Numbered from the whole stretch's first letter, positions 29,280 to 42,637 are shown. The stretch: 56,350 nt of DNA, filler included, from Platydemus manokwari (GCA_037951405.1; 4 parts of 4 records of this genome joined end to end with filler, not necessarily neighbours in it); one strand, 5' to 3'. Notes: generated from the sequence alone by a model not told the origin. Numbers and translations are program-made.

Positions 29280-29575
29280 ATTATAATCAATATTCTGGTT
29301 TTCATTTTTCCTTTGGTTGGATTCTCATGTTTTGTTAAACATTGTGAACAGGTTTCATATGTGTTTCTTGAGAGCATATCGGCATTTCCGTGATTAATAC
29401 CCTTTCTAAATATCATGTTTATGTCCAAGCTACTTAAATAACTCAACCATGTCTGAAATTGTGGTGTTATCTGATTTTTTGTGTTTAGCATGAATGTGAT
29501 TACTTTTTGGTCCGTTCTAAGTGTGAATCTTTTACCATAAAAGTAATGGTTGAAATGTTGACAGAATATTTTATT
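29280..29575 (-). mobile_element. Ty3/gypsy pol fragment (RT-associated RNase H C-terminus)
   Basis: FCQHFNHYFYGKRFTLRTDQKVITFM...FQTWLSYLSSLDINMIFRKGINHGNADMLSR matches the canonical gypsy HFxHYLxGxxFxLxTDH...RxGxxNxxADxLSR pattern. Confidence 0.88.
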
Positions 29576-31706
29576 TCTTTCCAGTTCGATTTCGATTCGA
29601 ACTTAGTTTTTCTCGTGATTTCATGAACTGAAACAGAGATATGTGTGCTTCGTTTTTATTGGAATTAAAATATATAATAATCAATATAAAATATGTAAAA
29701 AAGAAATCTTCACCAAAGATTTCACAATGTTTTATTTAATTGTTTTAATGAGTCCTGTAATCCCCATTATTATTTGTCCCCATCAGGTACCCATTTAATG
29801 ATGTTCTGTATTGAATATTTCTTTACATTTTCTTCCTTAGACAATTTTTAAGCTTTGATTTGACTTTAATAAAGAAAGATCATTTGATTAATAATTTATT
29901 TGTTTAATTTACTTGAAAAATGCAGTAAAACATGGTTTTGTTTATCATTTACCTTTTGAATTAATTATTCTCCCAGAAAATTTAGGAAAAAATATAAAGA
30001 AAAAATTTTAAAAAATGGTAATTAACATTACTAAAGATGAATAAGAACAAAACGAATCCATCACACAGTTTCCAGTTATTCGAAATTCAATTTCTACAAC
30101 GTATTGGATTATGGTTTTCATTAAGGATATTCAAATGTAAATTTGTGGAATGTTTTCCTGATATTTAAAGCTTTTATTGTTGATGGAAATTTGTTTAGAC
30201 CAATATAAAATATTGATAAAAAGCGTTTTAAAATGAGCCACGCAGTAAATCACAATGAATTTATTTGGGAAATCCGTGAATATTTGAAGTAAAAAGGAAA
30301 ATATCAATTTTCAAAACTACCGAAGATCACAAACATCTTTGATAGTTTTGGGGAAAATTGTGGTAAAATATACTTTTGAGATGAAATTTTAAATTCATTA
30401 TTGTATCGAATGAAATATCCGCAGCCTGTATATATACGTGTGTGTGTAAGAGTGTGTATCATGCATTTGGACTCGATCCTGAAGAGGTTAATGTCAGAAA
30501 AGTTATCGTTTCACAAAGGAACTATTAAATGCAATAATAAAGGATTAAAGAGTTCCATTTGACTCTACTAAAATGGATTGAAGTAGGGAATTAAGTAATA
30601 ATTTTGAATTTAGTCAAGATAGAGTATTGATATTTATTTATATTTATAAAATAAACACGTAATAATAATATCTATAATTATTTGAGTTGATATTGTGAGG
30701 AGATTAAATTCTGAATAAATATAATGAATTTGAGATTTTTTAAATAATCTGATATAGCGAATTAAATACTTGAATAAGTACTCCGTAAATATAAAAATGA
30801 TTTGAAGGAATTAATTCCGGATAACAAAGTCCTTCAGATCGATTTCAAATAATACAATTTTATTCAATAACCTGACAAAATATAATGTTTTATCAAACTA
30901 CTGACATCGTCACGGAGTAGCTAGTTTGATGAAAGGAAGATATATGGTTAAAGACGATATTAATATTGTTAGTTGCTAAAACTTCTCCATTTTTTATGTT
31001 TAATTCAAAAGACATAAACAATGATATGTACTTATAACACATCCGATTATTTTCAAACTTATATTTTAAAAATTAAATGATCACATTTTTATTTTAAAAT
31101 TTTTTTTTTATAAAAAAATATTTTTAAAATATTTTTTTAAAAATTGAGAGATTACAGTAATGATTTCAGCAAGACCATTTTATAAATACAAATTTAAAAT
31201 ATTTTTAAAAATATTTAATATTAATTTGAATTATTTATAGGATTCTTAAATAAACCTCACAAATATAAAGTGTTCTGATTAACGACCTTTAATCAAGTTC
31301 ATGTTCTTTGTATTTCATTATTTATCGATGTTTTACTCACAACAAAAATTCAGGTAAAATAATGAAATATGAATTCAAGATTATGTGTTAAATATTTGAC
31401 ACAATCAAGTTGGTTTGTTGCAGTGTATTTATCAAATGAAAATTATGAATTGTTGATGAAAAATATATAAAATTTGAAATTATATGATGAACTAAATTTG
31501 CATTGTTGTCATTGACAGTGTCTGGATTCTGGTTAGCGAGAAGATTTCGAAATAATATTCACAACAATCTCATCTAGTTTCACTATTTTCCTTCACAAGC
31601 CACACCCATGTGTGTCGTGTTTCGTATAGCATGTTGAAATTATTATTTTCATAACTCCTATGAATGAACAAACCTTCTATCTATTTTCTCGCTATTTTAA
31701 CCATCT

Positions 31707-31806
31707 NNNNNNNNNNNNNNNNNNNNNNNNNNNNNNNNNNNNNNNNNNNNTTAATTAATTAANNNNNNNNNNNNNNNNNNNNNNNNNNNNNNNNNNNNNN
31801 NNNNNN
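31707..31806. other. Assembly gap with artificial spacer
   Basis: N block with TTAATTAATTAA linker. Confidence 0.97.
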
Positions 31807-31881
31807 TAATGATTTTAGTTAAATATTAACAGTTTAAATATGCAATGCAAAAACGGCCATTATTTTCCCAACAACCTAATA
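31807..31881. mobile_element. Mariner-type element terminus (TIR) next to gap
   Basis: AACGGCCATTATTTTCCCAACAACCTAATA is nearly identical to the mariner TIR plus TA at 42751-42780. Confidence 0.75.
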
Positions 31882-32541
31882 AAATTCTGGTAATCGACTG
31901 CTGATTACCACCACTTTTATATTTGCATTTTGCTAGCAAAACTTGCAGTAAAATTTCCTGCCACCGAGTTGACAAGCGCAGTCAACTTCTACATTTAGAT
32001 TAATATCACCAAATATTAATCAATAATTTACCTTCTGAGAAATTGGCTTCCTAATATTTATTTTAATTCACTAAAGCAAGTTATATTTTTCTAATAATAA
32101 TTTTAAATTCTTTATTTATTCATATTTTTGCTTAATAATTATTTTTCTTACTAATAATTTAATTTTAAAATCATTTTTCTACTTTATTATTTATTTTACT
32201 TAAAATAAATTAATTTTCTTTATCTTTTAACTTATCTTTTCTCTTTAACTACTTACTTTTAAATTATTTTTTTATATTTTTACATTTTAAGCTCTTTAAA
32301 AATTTTAATGCCAATGAATAACAATATTCTTTATTAAATATTATTAAAAATTAGTAACTTTTGACGTAAATGAATAATAATATCCTTCATAGTTTAAAAA
32401 TTTGTTTTAATGAGTTAATAAACTTTAAAAAGAATTTGTTCACAGTGTTAATCAATTAAATCATAAGTTATTAGTTTTCTTTTACAAACTTCTTTAATGA
32501 TGAATATTTCTTTCGTATTTTTATATTTAATATTTTTACAC

Positions 32542-35500
32542 TGTAAGGTATATCACAAATCTCTTAAAAGGATCACAAGAACCAAGGAAAAATCCTAAAA
32601 AGGGTCAGTACACAGAGACCCGATAAACTGTGCGTGCTGTTATTCAGTTCGATTTGTTCTATTTTTAATCCATATTAAGATGCTAAGAATCGACAAGCAC
32701 ATGCCTACAAACGGCAGCAAAATCAAATTTCCTTCAATATCACGAGAGATGCAAAGGAAAATCTCAAGTAAATCAATCCAAGAGCAAATTCAGTAAATGG
32801 AAAACGAAGATTCTAGATATCAAGCAGACAAGCCCGATAGGTCTATAAAAGAGGTTGAGTATCATGCATACCTGCAAGTCTTTTTTGGTCGATAACTTGA
32901 GTGCTTAGCTTACCTTTGTGTGATTTTTAGTAATAAGTCTTTTTGATTACCTTTCATTCTGTTTTTGACTTTCTTGTGCTGATCCCATCTTGAGTGATTT
33001 ACTTTGTGAATTGTGAAAAGATATGTTATTGTTGATAGATTTTGAGTATAATCCTTTAGTTAATACATTTTTCAGATATAAATTGTTGATTGATAACCCA
33101 ACAATTTTTGGTGAGCCCAACTTCTTAACTAAAGCAACAAATTCCAGTATGAACTAATAAAAAGAGATTTCAAATCCTTGAGAAACCAATACATCAAATT
33201 TCTTTTCGAGTCGTCGGAAAAGGTGCTCCGGTAGATTTTGCGAGCTGCCAGAAATTGTCAGTTGACCAATACGATGGCGATCCCGTCGAATTCGTTGGTT
33301 TCATGACCAATTACTTCATGTACGCGTTCGCAAATGGATGGGCAGAACGACAAAGATACAGCAACTTCCACTCTATCTGAAAGGAGCAGCCAGAAAGGCA
33401 AATAACCAAATTGACAGTCAAAATATCGTGGAGTAGATGGCGATCAAACAAGCTTTTTTCGAAAAACTTATCAGTGGAAATGTAAGCAGAATTATTCGAC
33501 ATAAATTCTTTTCTCGAACTCAAAAAACAAACTTTAACGGTCGGTGAATTCACATTTCATCTTTCTACTCTAGTAGAAAAAGCTTTTGGTCCAAAGGCAT
33601 ATTTGGCCAGTACAAAACAGAAAAGTCGTAGAAGACCAATTTTTAAAAGGTGTTCACAGTCACATCAATGGGGTACTTAGTTTTGCAAATTACGCTCACT
33701 ATGACGAACTAATTAAAAAGCGATGAGAGTTGAAGTTAACTACACTTCTATGTACAAGCAACTCACCCATTTTGATATAGAAACCGAAAATCTAAGAATG
33801 GGCAAAATTGAAAACTTCCTTCAATTTCTTCTCTAAACAGCGATACCTCAAAATCTCCGAACAAATTATCCACCAGAATATTCACAAATTCTCGAAGACC
33901 CCAGGTCAAAGTCTTCTCGAAAAAGCAGGAGTCAGTCACTTCCTTCAAATGTCAACAAATCAGTCATTACACAAATAATTAAAAAAATCAGAGAGTCTTC
34001 GATAATTCTCAAACAACCAAGTCTTCATTCAATTACACGCGAAACGAATCGCCAAATATGGTATCTCGAACTAGTATGAATGTGGTAGATCAGTTCATAT
34101 TGCACAAAACTAAAGCGCAAGAACTATCTCAAAATTTCCTCCCCAATATAATCTAAACATTCACGGGCAAATATAGTGTTATTCATGTGGCAATTTTGGG
34201 AATTTGACGAGAGCATGTCCCTCAAATCGAAGCAATTTCCAACTGCCGATTCATTAAAACAAAGTTAATTTTCAGGAATCTGAAAACAAAGTTAATACAA
34301 CATTCCCAGAAGATAAAGAGAAATGGGAAACAGAATTATCAGTAATGCGAGATAAAGTACATCTTTGGATTGACAGACTCAGAATAGAAGAACCTCAGAA
34401 TCTTGGGATACATCTAAATGAAAAAATAAAATACTGGAAAAATAAATTTGGCAACTATATGACCGGTTTTGAAGAAAGCTCACCATAACTTTGGAGTATT
34501 ATGAATGAGAATAGTAAAATTTCGAATTGGAAAAATGTTGAAAGCGAACTTTGTATGGTGATATAATCTCAGATTTTGAGAAGTAATGCTACAAATTTAG
34601 GATACGGTTAAAGGAAAAAGTAACGGTAAAGTTTTTGATATTCGAGTTGTAGATTTTCGAGGAAAATCAGTTAAAGCGAGACAGGACGTATTTTCAAAAG
34701 TTATTGACATTCGATGACAGATTCCCGGAGAGAATGCTCCGCTTTCATATTTATGTCAGTTGTTTAATGATGATAATTATTTAATGAGTTATGGCATTGT
34801 GTCAGAAATTGATATTGTGGTAAAAATTGAAAATGGATATTTTGAGAAAAGAGAAACCTCTGATGACATGTTATTTCGATTGAAGGAAGGTTTATCATAG
34901 GATCCGATTTATTTTAGGAAAACTATCTAAAGATTGGAGAAAATGTTTAAAAATTGGTATTTAGTAGCTTTGTTGGTGTCGCATATCGAAAATTGTATGC
35001 CGATTAATTTCATTTTCAGAAATTTGTTCACATTGACTAGACAAATTTGGAGAAGGGAAGGGTTAGATCTTCTCCCGTTTGAAATCGTATTATATATTTC
35101 AGGTGTCAAAATGAAAAGTTTTCAAGAACATTGGTGTACAAAAGTTAAAAGAATCAGACGACGAGTTTCAGAGAAATTAAAAGGTAAAGTGCTGATTACA
35201 CTCACTTATTGTAAACAAAATTTGGATGACGATGAATATTTGATTAATTATGGATTTCTTGTCGGGAAGGTAAGTGAAATTTATACTGAAATTTATTATA
35301 GTCAAAGAAATGATAAGTTGATTGAAAAGCTAAAACAAGGCGCACCAGTCGATGCATTTTATGATTTTGAAGAAGCAGCTTATAATTACCCGTGGCAGTT
35401 TTAATCGAGAACCCTCTATGTCAGAAGAAAATATTGTTGTCTACGGCTAAAGAAAATGTAAAAGGAAAGCGAGGACAATCAGGAAAATAGTCATTAATCT

Positions 35501-35720
35501 TATGGAGTAAAGCCTTGATTTTTATAATAATGACAATGATGTTTGTAGTTGGAAACCAAGTTAAAATGTTGATAGCTTATGATTGTTTAAAAACTTAAAT
35601 GGGAAAAATATACTTTTTTATATTACAAATTGTCCGGAGGATTATCCGATGAACGTCTCAATAGAAGATAGCGAGCATTATTATTTAAATCAAAAATCTA
35701 AATTCAGGAGATTAAAAGTT
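32542..35720 (+). mobile_element. Decayed LTR element copy A: LTR-PBS-gag(3xCCHC)-unknown region-envelope glycoprotein (3' truncated)
   Basis: Putative LTR TG(32542)..CA(33103) with TATAAAA at 32844; PBS TGGTGAGCCC at 33109-33118. Gag reads FMTNYFMYAFANGW...LPLYLKGAARKA at about 33300-33400. Degenerate knuckles at about 33935, 34068 and 34172. Region X spans about 34330-35404. Signal-like segment plus LIAYDC at about 35490-35590. Homologous to copy B throughout the coding part. The LTR start is approximate. Confidence 0.8.
33109..33118 (+). promoter_or_regulatory. tRNA primer-binding site (copy A)
   Basis: TGGTGAGCCC lies 5 nt after ...ACCCAACA. The same 10-mer and a matching upstream terminus occur in copy B. 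Confidence 0.7.
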
Positions 35721-36455
35721 TCTGCAGATATGTAACCTTCTTTACAGTGTTAGATAAGATAGACTTGTCAATATTGATATCCCATGCCACCAGCTTTTAG
35801 GAATTTGTCAATATCGCTCTTTCGATACAACGAGTTCAACTCACTAACGTTTAATGATTATATGAATTTGTATTAGTAAATATGGAAATTAGAAAGGATG
35901 TGCGATGTCATCTCTTATAAACTTTCTATTGATTATGAAGTTGGTGGTCATGTCTAGAGTGTTCGTTTTATTCATGATAAAAGTATCGCAATGTAGTATA
36001 AATTCCTCGTTCATTGCATGTTTAAAGCACAACTTTATCTTTACATTCTCCTTCTAAAATAATTCGAATAAATAGGATTTCAAAAATAACCAAATATTTT
36101 TTGATATACTATCTAGTGATGGAAATTTTGACCCGATTAAGCGAAGTTTACTGTAGTTAATAAAAAAAAATTCGATGACTAACCCAACGTCTATAGGATA
36201 CTAAAAATGAACCGTTGCATAATTTTGCAATAGCCCAACATTCATATTTATGTAAAAATATTGATTTAGACGATCTTGATATCTTTAAAATAAGTGTAAG
36301 ATGAGTTATGCTTGGTAGTAGCTACTGAATTTTTCGATGAGCCAACAATAAAATTTAGAAAAACAAAGCTTTATTAAAATTTATTTACATAAATATGAAG
36401 CATTTTATATAAAGTTATAAAAATAGGATATTAATTAAAAAATAACATTAAAATA

Positions 36456-39400
36456 TTAATAAGTAGCATTTAACGGTGTATGATCCGCATCTTCAGTTTT
36501 TTGAGCTTGTTGCCTTATTTTTTGCCTTTCCTTTCTTAATCGTTTTCGTTTGAAAAATCCACAATAATAAGCAACAACAATAATAATAACTAATAGAAGA
36601 ATCCCAATTATTATCGCAACTATAATAGGCCACAAAGGCATCGGTTTATCTTCGACAATTTTCATATTATTAAATAAAACTTTTTGTGAGGTAGAAATTG
36701 GTCCAACCAATCGATTATTATTAAAAATTTTAATGCCTGATGGTAAGTTTCCTAAATCTGATAGTAAAGTAGTCACTACCTAATAATACAAATATTAAAT
36801 ATTAAGTAATCAGTAATTTACTTACTGTTAAATCATCAATGCGTGCATCAAAAAATGTCTTTGTAAACAACCAAGTTCGAAAATTAAATATAAATTCACT
36901 ATTTGTAGGTATAGCGTTTAATTTGCATGTAATTTCACCACATATTGGCATTCCTAAACCTTTGGATGATTCATTACATTTAATTACGGTATTCCTTCCT
37001 GTGGACATAAATTGTATAGAGTTTTCATTCTGAAATGGAAAAACGTTTGTTGTGGTATTTTTTGTATCGTCAGAATCTTCAGATAAAGTTCTTTTCAAAC
37101 GATAGAGAGAACCTTAATTATGAATTTCATTCATTTAATAATTATATCATTCAAAAATAATACATTATTTTAAAACAATCGAACATGAAAAATAAACTAG
37201 AATATAGATTTAAAATTTAATGAAAATGTTAACATTTTCATGCACTGAGAAATTATTTTAATAAATAGAATATTGAGAATAGATATACAAAAATTAATTA
37301 GATTTTGAACACAAGTATATTATAAAACAAAATTATGAAACTTAAACTTCAGTGTTTAATTATTCATTTATATAATGCTAGTAACGTTCTAATTATTTAT
37401 CTCCAAATTAATCATTATATTTTAAGAAATCAAACAATTTCCATAAAATTAAATATTTTGTAATTTAGTAAGCACTTTGTGAATGCTTGTAGTTATTCGT
37501 TGTACACATTCTGATTGTGCATATCAATCAAAAATAAATCAATACACTTGTTTATTCTAGTTTAATGAATAATTGTGAACTAGTTGTGCATTACATTATT
37601 AAATGTCAACAATTTATAAATACGATAATCATAACAGTTTCGATTATTTTATTCTTATAATGCAATACAAAAATTAAAATCTTACTTGATTTTGAAAATT
37701 TAAAAGTTGCTCTACCAATCAGATTTAATGGATTTAAAAATTCCTTCGAAATTTTACAATATTCAACAACTTGACTTTTGTTAGAAATGGAAGGCAATGT
37801 TCGTTGCCAGACTTCATCACTTGACAATCGGATTTTATCCATTACATATAAAATTAAATTATTGGTTTTTGTTTTAAAAGGAAAGTAAAATTTGAATTCA
37901 ACGTTTTTCAATTCAGGACCTTTGTTTTCAATTATATACGAATAATTTAATTCCGTACCCAAATCTTGAATTGATATACTATTGTCTGTTTCCAAATACG
38001 GTGGTTTTGTTCTTGAATCAATGATAATTTCTTTTGTTTTTATTGGAGAAAAACTTAAATTAGGTTTAAACAGAACAGAATACAGCATAGTAATATTATT
38101 ATTCTGTGTATAGTTATCATCATTAACTCCTTGAATCGAGAAACTTATTGAAGTTGTTGATGACACATTTTCTAGCTTATTATAAAGCACATCAATAATA
38201 ATTCTAAAATCATCTTCATAATTTTCTCTTTTGTTAATTAAATCCTTAATTACAATTTTAGCACTTCGTCCAGAAGCCGTCAATTCTTTTTTGCATGTGC
38301 CTAAACATCTAACATTAGTTATTAGGAGATCAGGTTTAGAATCAATAGAGACAAATATTCTAGGAGTATGGACTGGCCCGTTGTTGCTAACAATAATTTC
38401 GATTGTTCGTTGATAATCCTTTGGCTCTCCATAGTAGATTGTTGAACCTTTTGAGTCAAATTTTGTATTTAAATTTAAGTCGGATAAGCATGAACTTTCC
38501 GTACACTCGAATTGAGATAATTTTATAATTTTTTCACAATTCAACCAATTTATATGCGCAATTTTAGATTCGTAACACTTATTTTTAATTTTGCATGATC
38601 TTATTCCTCTTAGAGCAACTTTTAGAGGACGCATTTTCAGATCCATATCTTGTACATCTAAAAGAACCTGTACTTTTATTAAATAAATATTATCTGATAA
38701 ACTCGAAGTAATTATTTTGAATCGTGGTTCGTCTTCATTCAAAATATCAATTGCAATCTGATACAAATAATCGTTATAATTTTTTATGCTATGAGAATTA
38801 AAAATAATTTTTATATTAAATGTTTCATCTTTGGTAAATATATGGCTTTTATCTTGCTCTGTCCACGAACACGTTACTTTTTCTTGATTAGGCATTTTAA
38901 ATAAAAATGGTTTTTGATGGCCCAATGCAGTGACGAAGAAATCTGGTAGACCATTAAAATTAAGATCAAATCCTCTTGAAATTGAGATTCCAAAACCGCT
39001 TATTTTACTTTGATATATTTGTAATGGAGATTTTGAAATTTTACAATCTGTCGTAGTTTTAAAAATATATATTTTTCCAGGTTTCTCAAAGTCAAGGCTA
39101 GGAGAACTCACAACAAATTCGTCTGAATCATCAAAATTAATGTCTCCTAATCTTGCAACGGAAAATCCAAAGTAATCATACTTATTCTCACCTGATACCA
39201 TGTGAGTTTCATGTCCTTTACAAGCTAAGAAAACAGCTCCAACGTTAGGAAGATTATTTTTACTTTGATAAGGTGCGCCTATCACAACACCAAATAATTT
39301 CTTGTCAACTCTAACGGTATCAATACTAGTACCAAATCCTCCGTATCTTTGTGATTTAATATCAGTAGGATAAAATTTGTCTCTATTCGAAACTTCAACA

Positions 39401-40206
39401 AATGGAGAATAAGAATCACTCACTGGAGATGAAACGTATGAATCTCCAACTTCAGAAAACGCAACAGCATATCCATAATTAAAAAAATTACCTTGATTTA
39501 GAATTCCTTTATCAATTTTATGAGATTCAGCTCTATTTAGGAAAATAGTGGAATTTCCAAATGGTAATCCAAAAATAATATTCAGATCTTGTTCAATTGA
39601 AATGAGGTCAACTGAAAATCCTCCTAAACATTTCTTGAAATTTTGACATATTGTAAATTCACTATTAGTTATGTTTTGAAAATCTTTAATAATAATTAAT
39701 TTGCATTTTCCAGATGGCTCGCTAGTTGTATTATGCTTAGTATCTACCCATAAAGGATCACAATAAATAAAAGCTGCTTTATCATTTTTAAATTTGGTAG
39801 ATCTTACAACTGCTCCGAAATATTTAGCTTCACTAGAATCCAAATGATTTTCTTCCAATGTCTTGCACTGAAGTTGAAATCCCAAACTTGATGAGTTCGA
39901 TGTTGTTGAACATAATACAATAATTCCAGACTGTTTTGTATAAACGGATTCAAACTTAGTTTTATTATTTTTGCGTGTTCCAGCAAATGCAACGTAAGCT
40001 TTATTTTGATCCGCTAATGACGTTCCAGCAACACCAATCCAATCATACCCAGTTCCATAATCAAGAAAATTTGGTGAATGAATTTCATCTACATAATCGA
40101 AAGGCTCGCTGAATGTATTTTCGTTTTCATATTTTGGATGCCATATTTTGGAATAAATTGGTACAATAACCTTTAACGCTAAACCAAAAACAAGAAAAAC
40201 GTACAT
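36456..40206 (-). CDS. Integrin alpha subunit, 3 exons, about 1043 aa
   Basis: Exons 40206-37686, 37112-36826 and 36779-36456, with GT..AG introns in phases 1 and 0. The protein has a signal peptide, FG-GAP repeats (YFGAVV, GFGTSI...VIGAP, YFGFSVARLGDINFDDSDEFVVSSP, FDLNFNGLPDF), a furin-like RLKR site, a TM helix WPIIVAIIIGILLLVIIIVVAYY and the cytoplasmic GFFKR motif. Confidence 0.96.
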
Positions 40207-40295
40207 GCGTTAATTTTCTAACAAAATTAGTGTAATTAATAAGCGAAATCAGTTGTTTATTTGTGAAAATCATTTGCATTTGTGTATTCATGGAA

Positions 40296-40342
40296 TGACT
40301 CATAATTCATGTTTGTAAATGACGTCACCGCCATATGATTGG
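40296..40342 (-). promoter_or_regulatory. Integrin proximal promoter motif cluster: AP-1, CRE, CCAAT
   Basis: TGACTCA at 40296-40302, TGACGTCA at 40320-40327 and CCAAT (minus strand) at 40338-40342, all 90-136 bp upstream of the ATG. Confidence 0.55.
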
Positions 40343-41839
40343 TTGTGCACATAATGGTTCATTACTAATGTAATTTTGTAGAAAATGATTAATCTAACTT
40401 AAAATTTCATGAATTTTTAGTGGAATTAATAAGATTGTCAAACGCTTGATTCCCAATTATAACATTTTATAAATTCAATAAATCAAAAAGTTATTAAGCC
40501 TGACTAGAAAAATTAATCGCATAAACGTCAAATTTTAAACTTTCTCAGAAATAATGCTTGGATTGACCAGTTATCTTACAAATCGATAATTTAAGTTATA
40601 TCTACAAATATATTAAACTATTCAGAATTTAAATACAAATACTGGTATGCAGTGTCAGAATTAAATCTTGGAAAACTTAAAATGTATTTTGTAATTCTAT
40701 CGTGTATCGACCACACTTCTATCCCATTCTAATTCTTGCCAAAATGTATGTTATAATATAAACATCTTATTCATCTTTCACAATTTTCAAAAACTTTTTT
40801 TCTATTTTTATTGAGAAAGTCCTCGATTAAATTAATTTCAGTTGTCTATAGTGAAAACCAAACATGGGTATCTATATTATTCATTTAATTTCTAAATAAT
40901 GTGTTAGAATCAAAATTATTTTTGAAATATTTTAAATTTAAGATCATAATTGTTCTCAAAATTACTTAATTGCGAACAGTTGTAAAGTAAAATTTTATTA
41001 TCTAAACATTGTTGTATTTGATTATTCGCAAAATTTTACTGTTTTGAAATGACTTTTATAATAGTATCATGACTATAGTCAGGATTATTATAATTATAAA
41101 ATTAATCCATATATCTGGAAATGAAGATTTATTGTGCTCCTCACTTATATATGATTTTTGATGTCTGTAGCAATGGTATAATTGAAAAAATCAATAAGAG
41201 TTATGATAATATTTATTTACATTTATTGTGTACAAATTAGACGAAAATAACAACAATACAAATCTTGCAGAATTTGATGATTACCGTAATGTGACCCTGA
41301 ACGTTTTAAATAGAAGAATACAATCTTAAAAATACAACCACTGATATTTAATTATACATATCTGGACAACTACCTTTGTGTAAAATAATATGTTTGTTAC
41401 ACTGATCAACTTTTTATGATTGTGGTTTTTATTGTCTAGATTTTAGAAAATTAATTGTTAGAAAATTAATCTAAAAATAGGAAATGGGAATTTTCAAAAC
41501 AAAAAAAGAAATAAAAAACTACAAAAATAGACTACAGAAAAATTTAATACAAAGTTTAATAAAAGAAAGTGTATAAAAATTGAATTGAAAATTGATGAAA
41601 CCAGACAAATTTTCCAAATCAGTTTATGTACTCTATATATCAAGTGGATAATTTACTAATCAACAAATTAGTTCCTGTCATCAATCAGTTTATGCAACAA
41701 TCTTCCAACAACTAATTCACTAGTCTCTATTTAATAATCTATTTCCTGCTGTCAAGGATAATTATTGCCGTTCCTGTAAAAAGAAGAAGAATAAGAGAAA
41801 AAGAAAGAAAGAGAAAGAAGCCGAAAGAACTCAACCATA

Positions 41840-42045
41840 AACTACGCGAGCAATTCACGGGACTTACTATACAAACGCGAAGCCACTTAAACGCGGATCA
41901 TCAAACTACAAAAGCAATTCACGGGACTTACTAAAGAAAACCAAAGCCAAGCAATTCGAAACTTAGAAGTGCCTCATCTAATTTTTACCCAGGACAAGAA
42001 TAACAGCGCTTCATATAATTACTATCCAGGACAAGAATAACGAAT
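41840..42045. repeat. Two pairs of short direct repeats in an LTR/TE-like segment
   Basis: AGCAATTCACGGGACTTACTA at 41849 and 41913; CCAGGACAAGAATAAC at 41989 and 42026. Confidence 0.75.
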
Positions 42046-42537
42046 TACTATTAAAATAAAAACGTTCAAGAAGCAGTAAGCATTTTATCATTTCACTTTA
42101 TATACAAATTTTAAAGATTTTTGAGGAATAGTTTAAAGAATTTATATAAAATTTATATATAATTTTCCTAACAATGTTATTGTATCATAAATAAAAATTG
42201 ACTATAAACTTTTATCACATTAATTCTAATATTGCAAGATATCAACAGCCAGTAGAGTTGTTCTGGTATTAAAAATATTTAACTATATTGTTCATCTCCT
42301 ACAAATTACCCTCCACCAACAACTTTGTTCTGTTGTTCTGGTGGCCCAAATCTAAAGCTTATTAATTAGTTAATCAATTCCAATTACAAATCTACTCTAG
42401 ACTGAACCCAGTTCAACTAGAGGCTAACCTTCATAAAATCTAAAATTTCAAACTAATCTGGTCTAAGAGGTTACGGTTCCACGTAGGCCTAACCTCCAAT
42501 AAATTAGTAACTTTAGGGCTCTTACCGGGAAACCTAA

Positions 42538-42637
42538 NNNNNNNNNNNNNNNNNNNNNNNNNNNNNNNNNNNNNNNNNNNNTTAATTAATTAANNNNNNN
42601 NNNNNNNNNNNNNNNNNNNNNNNNNNNNNNNNNNNNN
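42538..42637. other. Assembly gap with artificial spacer
   Basis: N block with TTAATTAATTAA linker. Confidence 0.97.

Noticed and set aside
29280-29575. Gypsy RNase H relic as the missing pol of copy A
   Set aside because: It is on the opposite strand, lies outside the LTR and is across an assembly gap.
41849-42041. Spaced direct repeats as a CRISPR-like array
   Set aside because: There are only two copies of each motif, the context is eukaryotic, and there are no cas genes.
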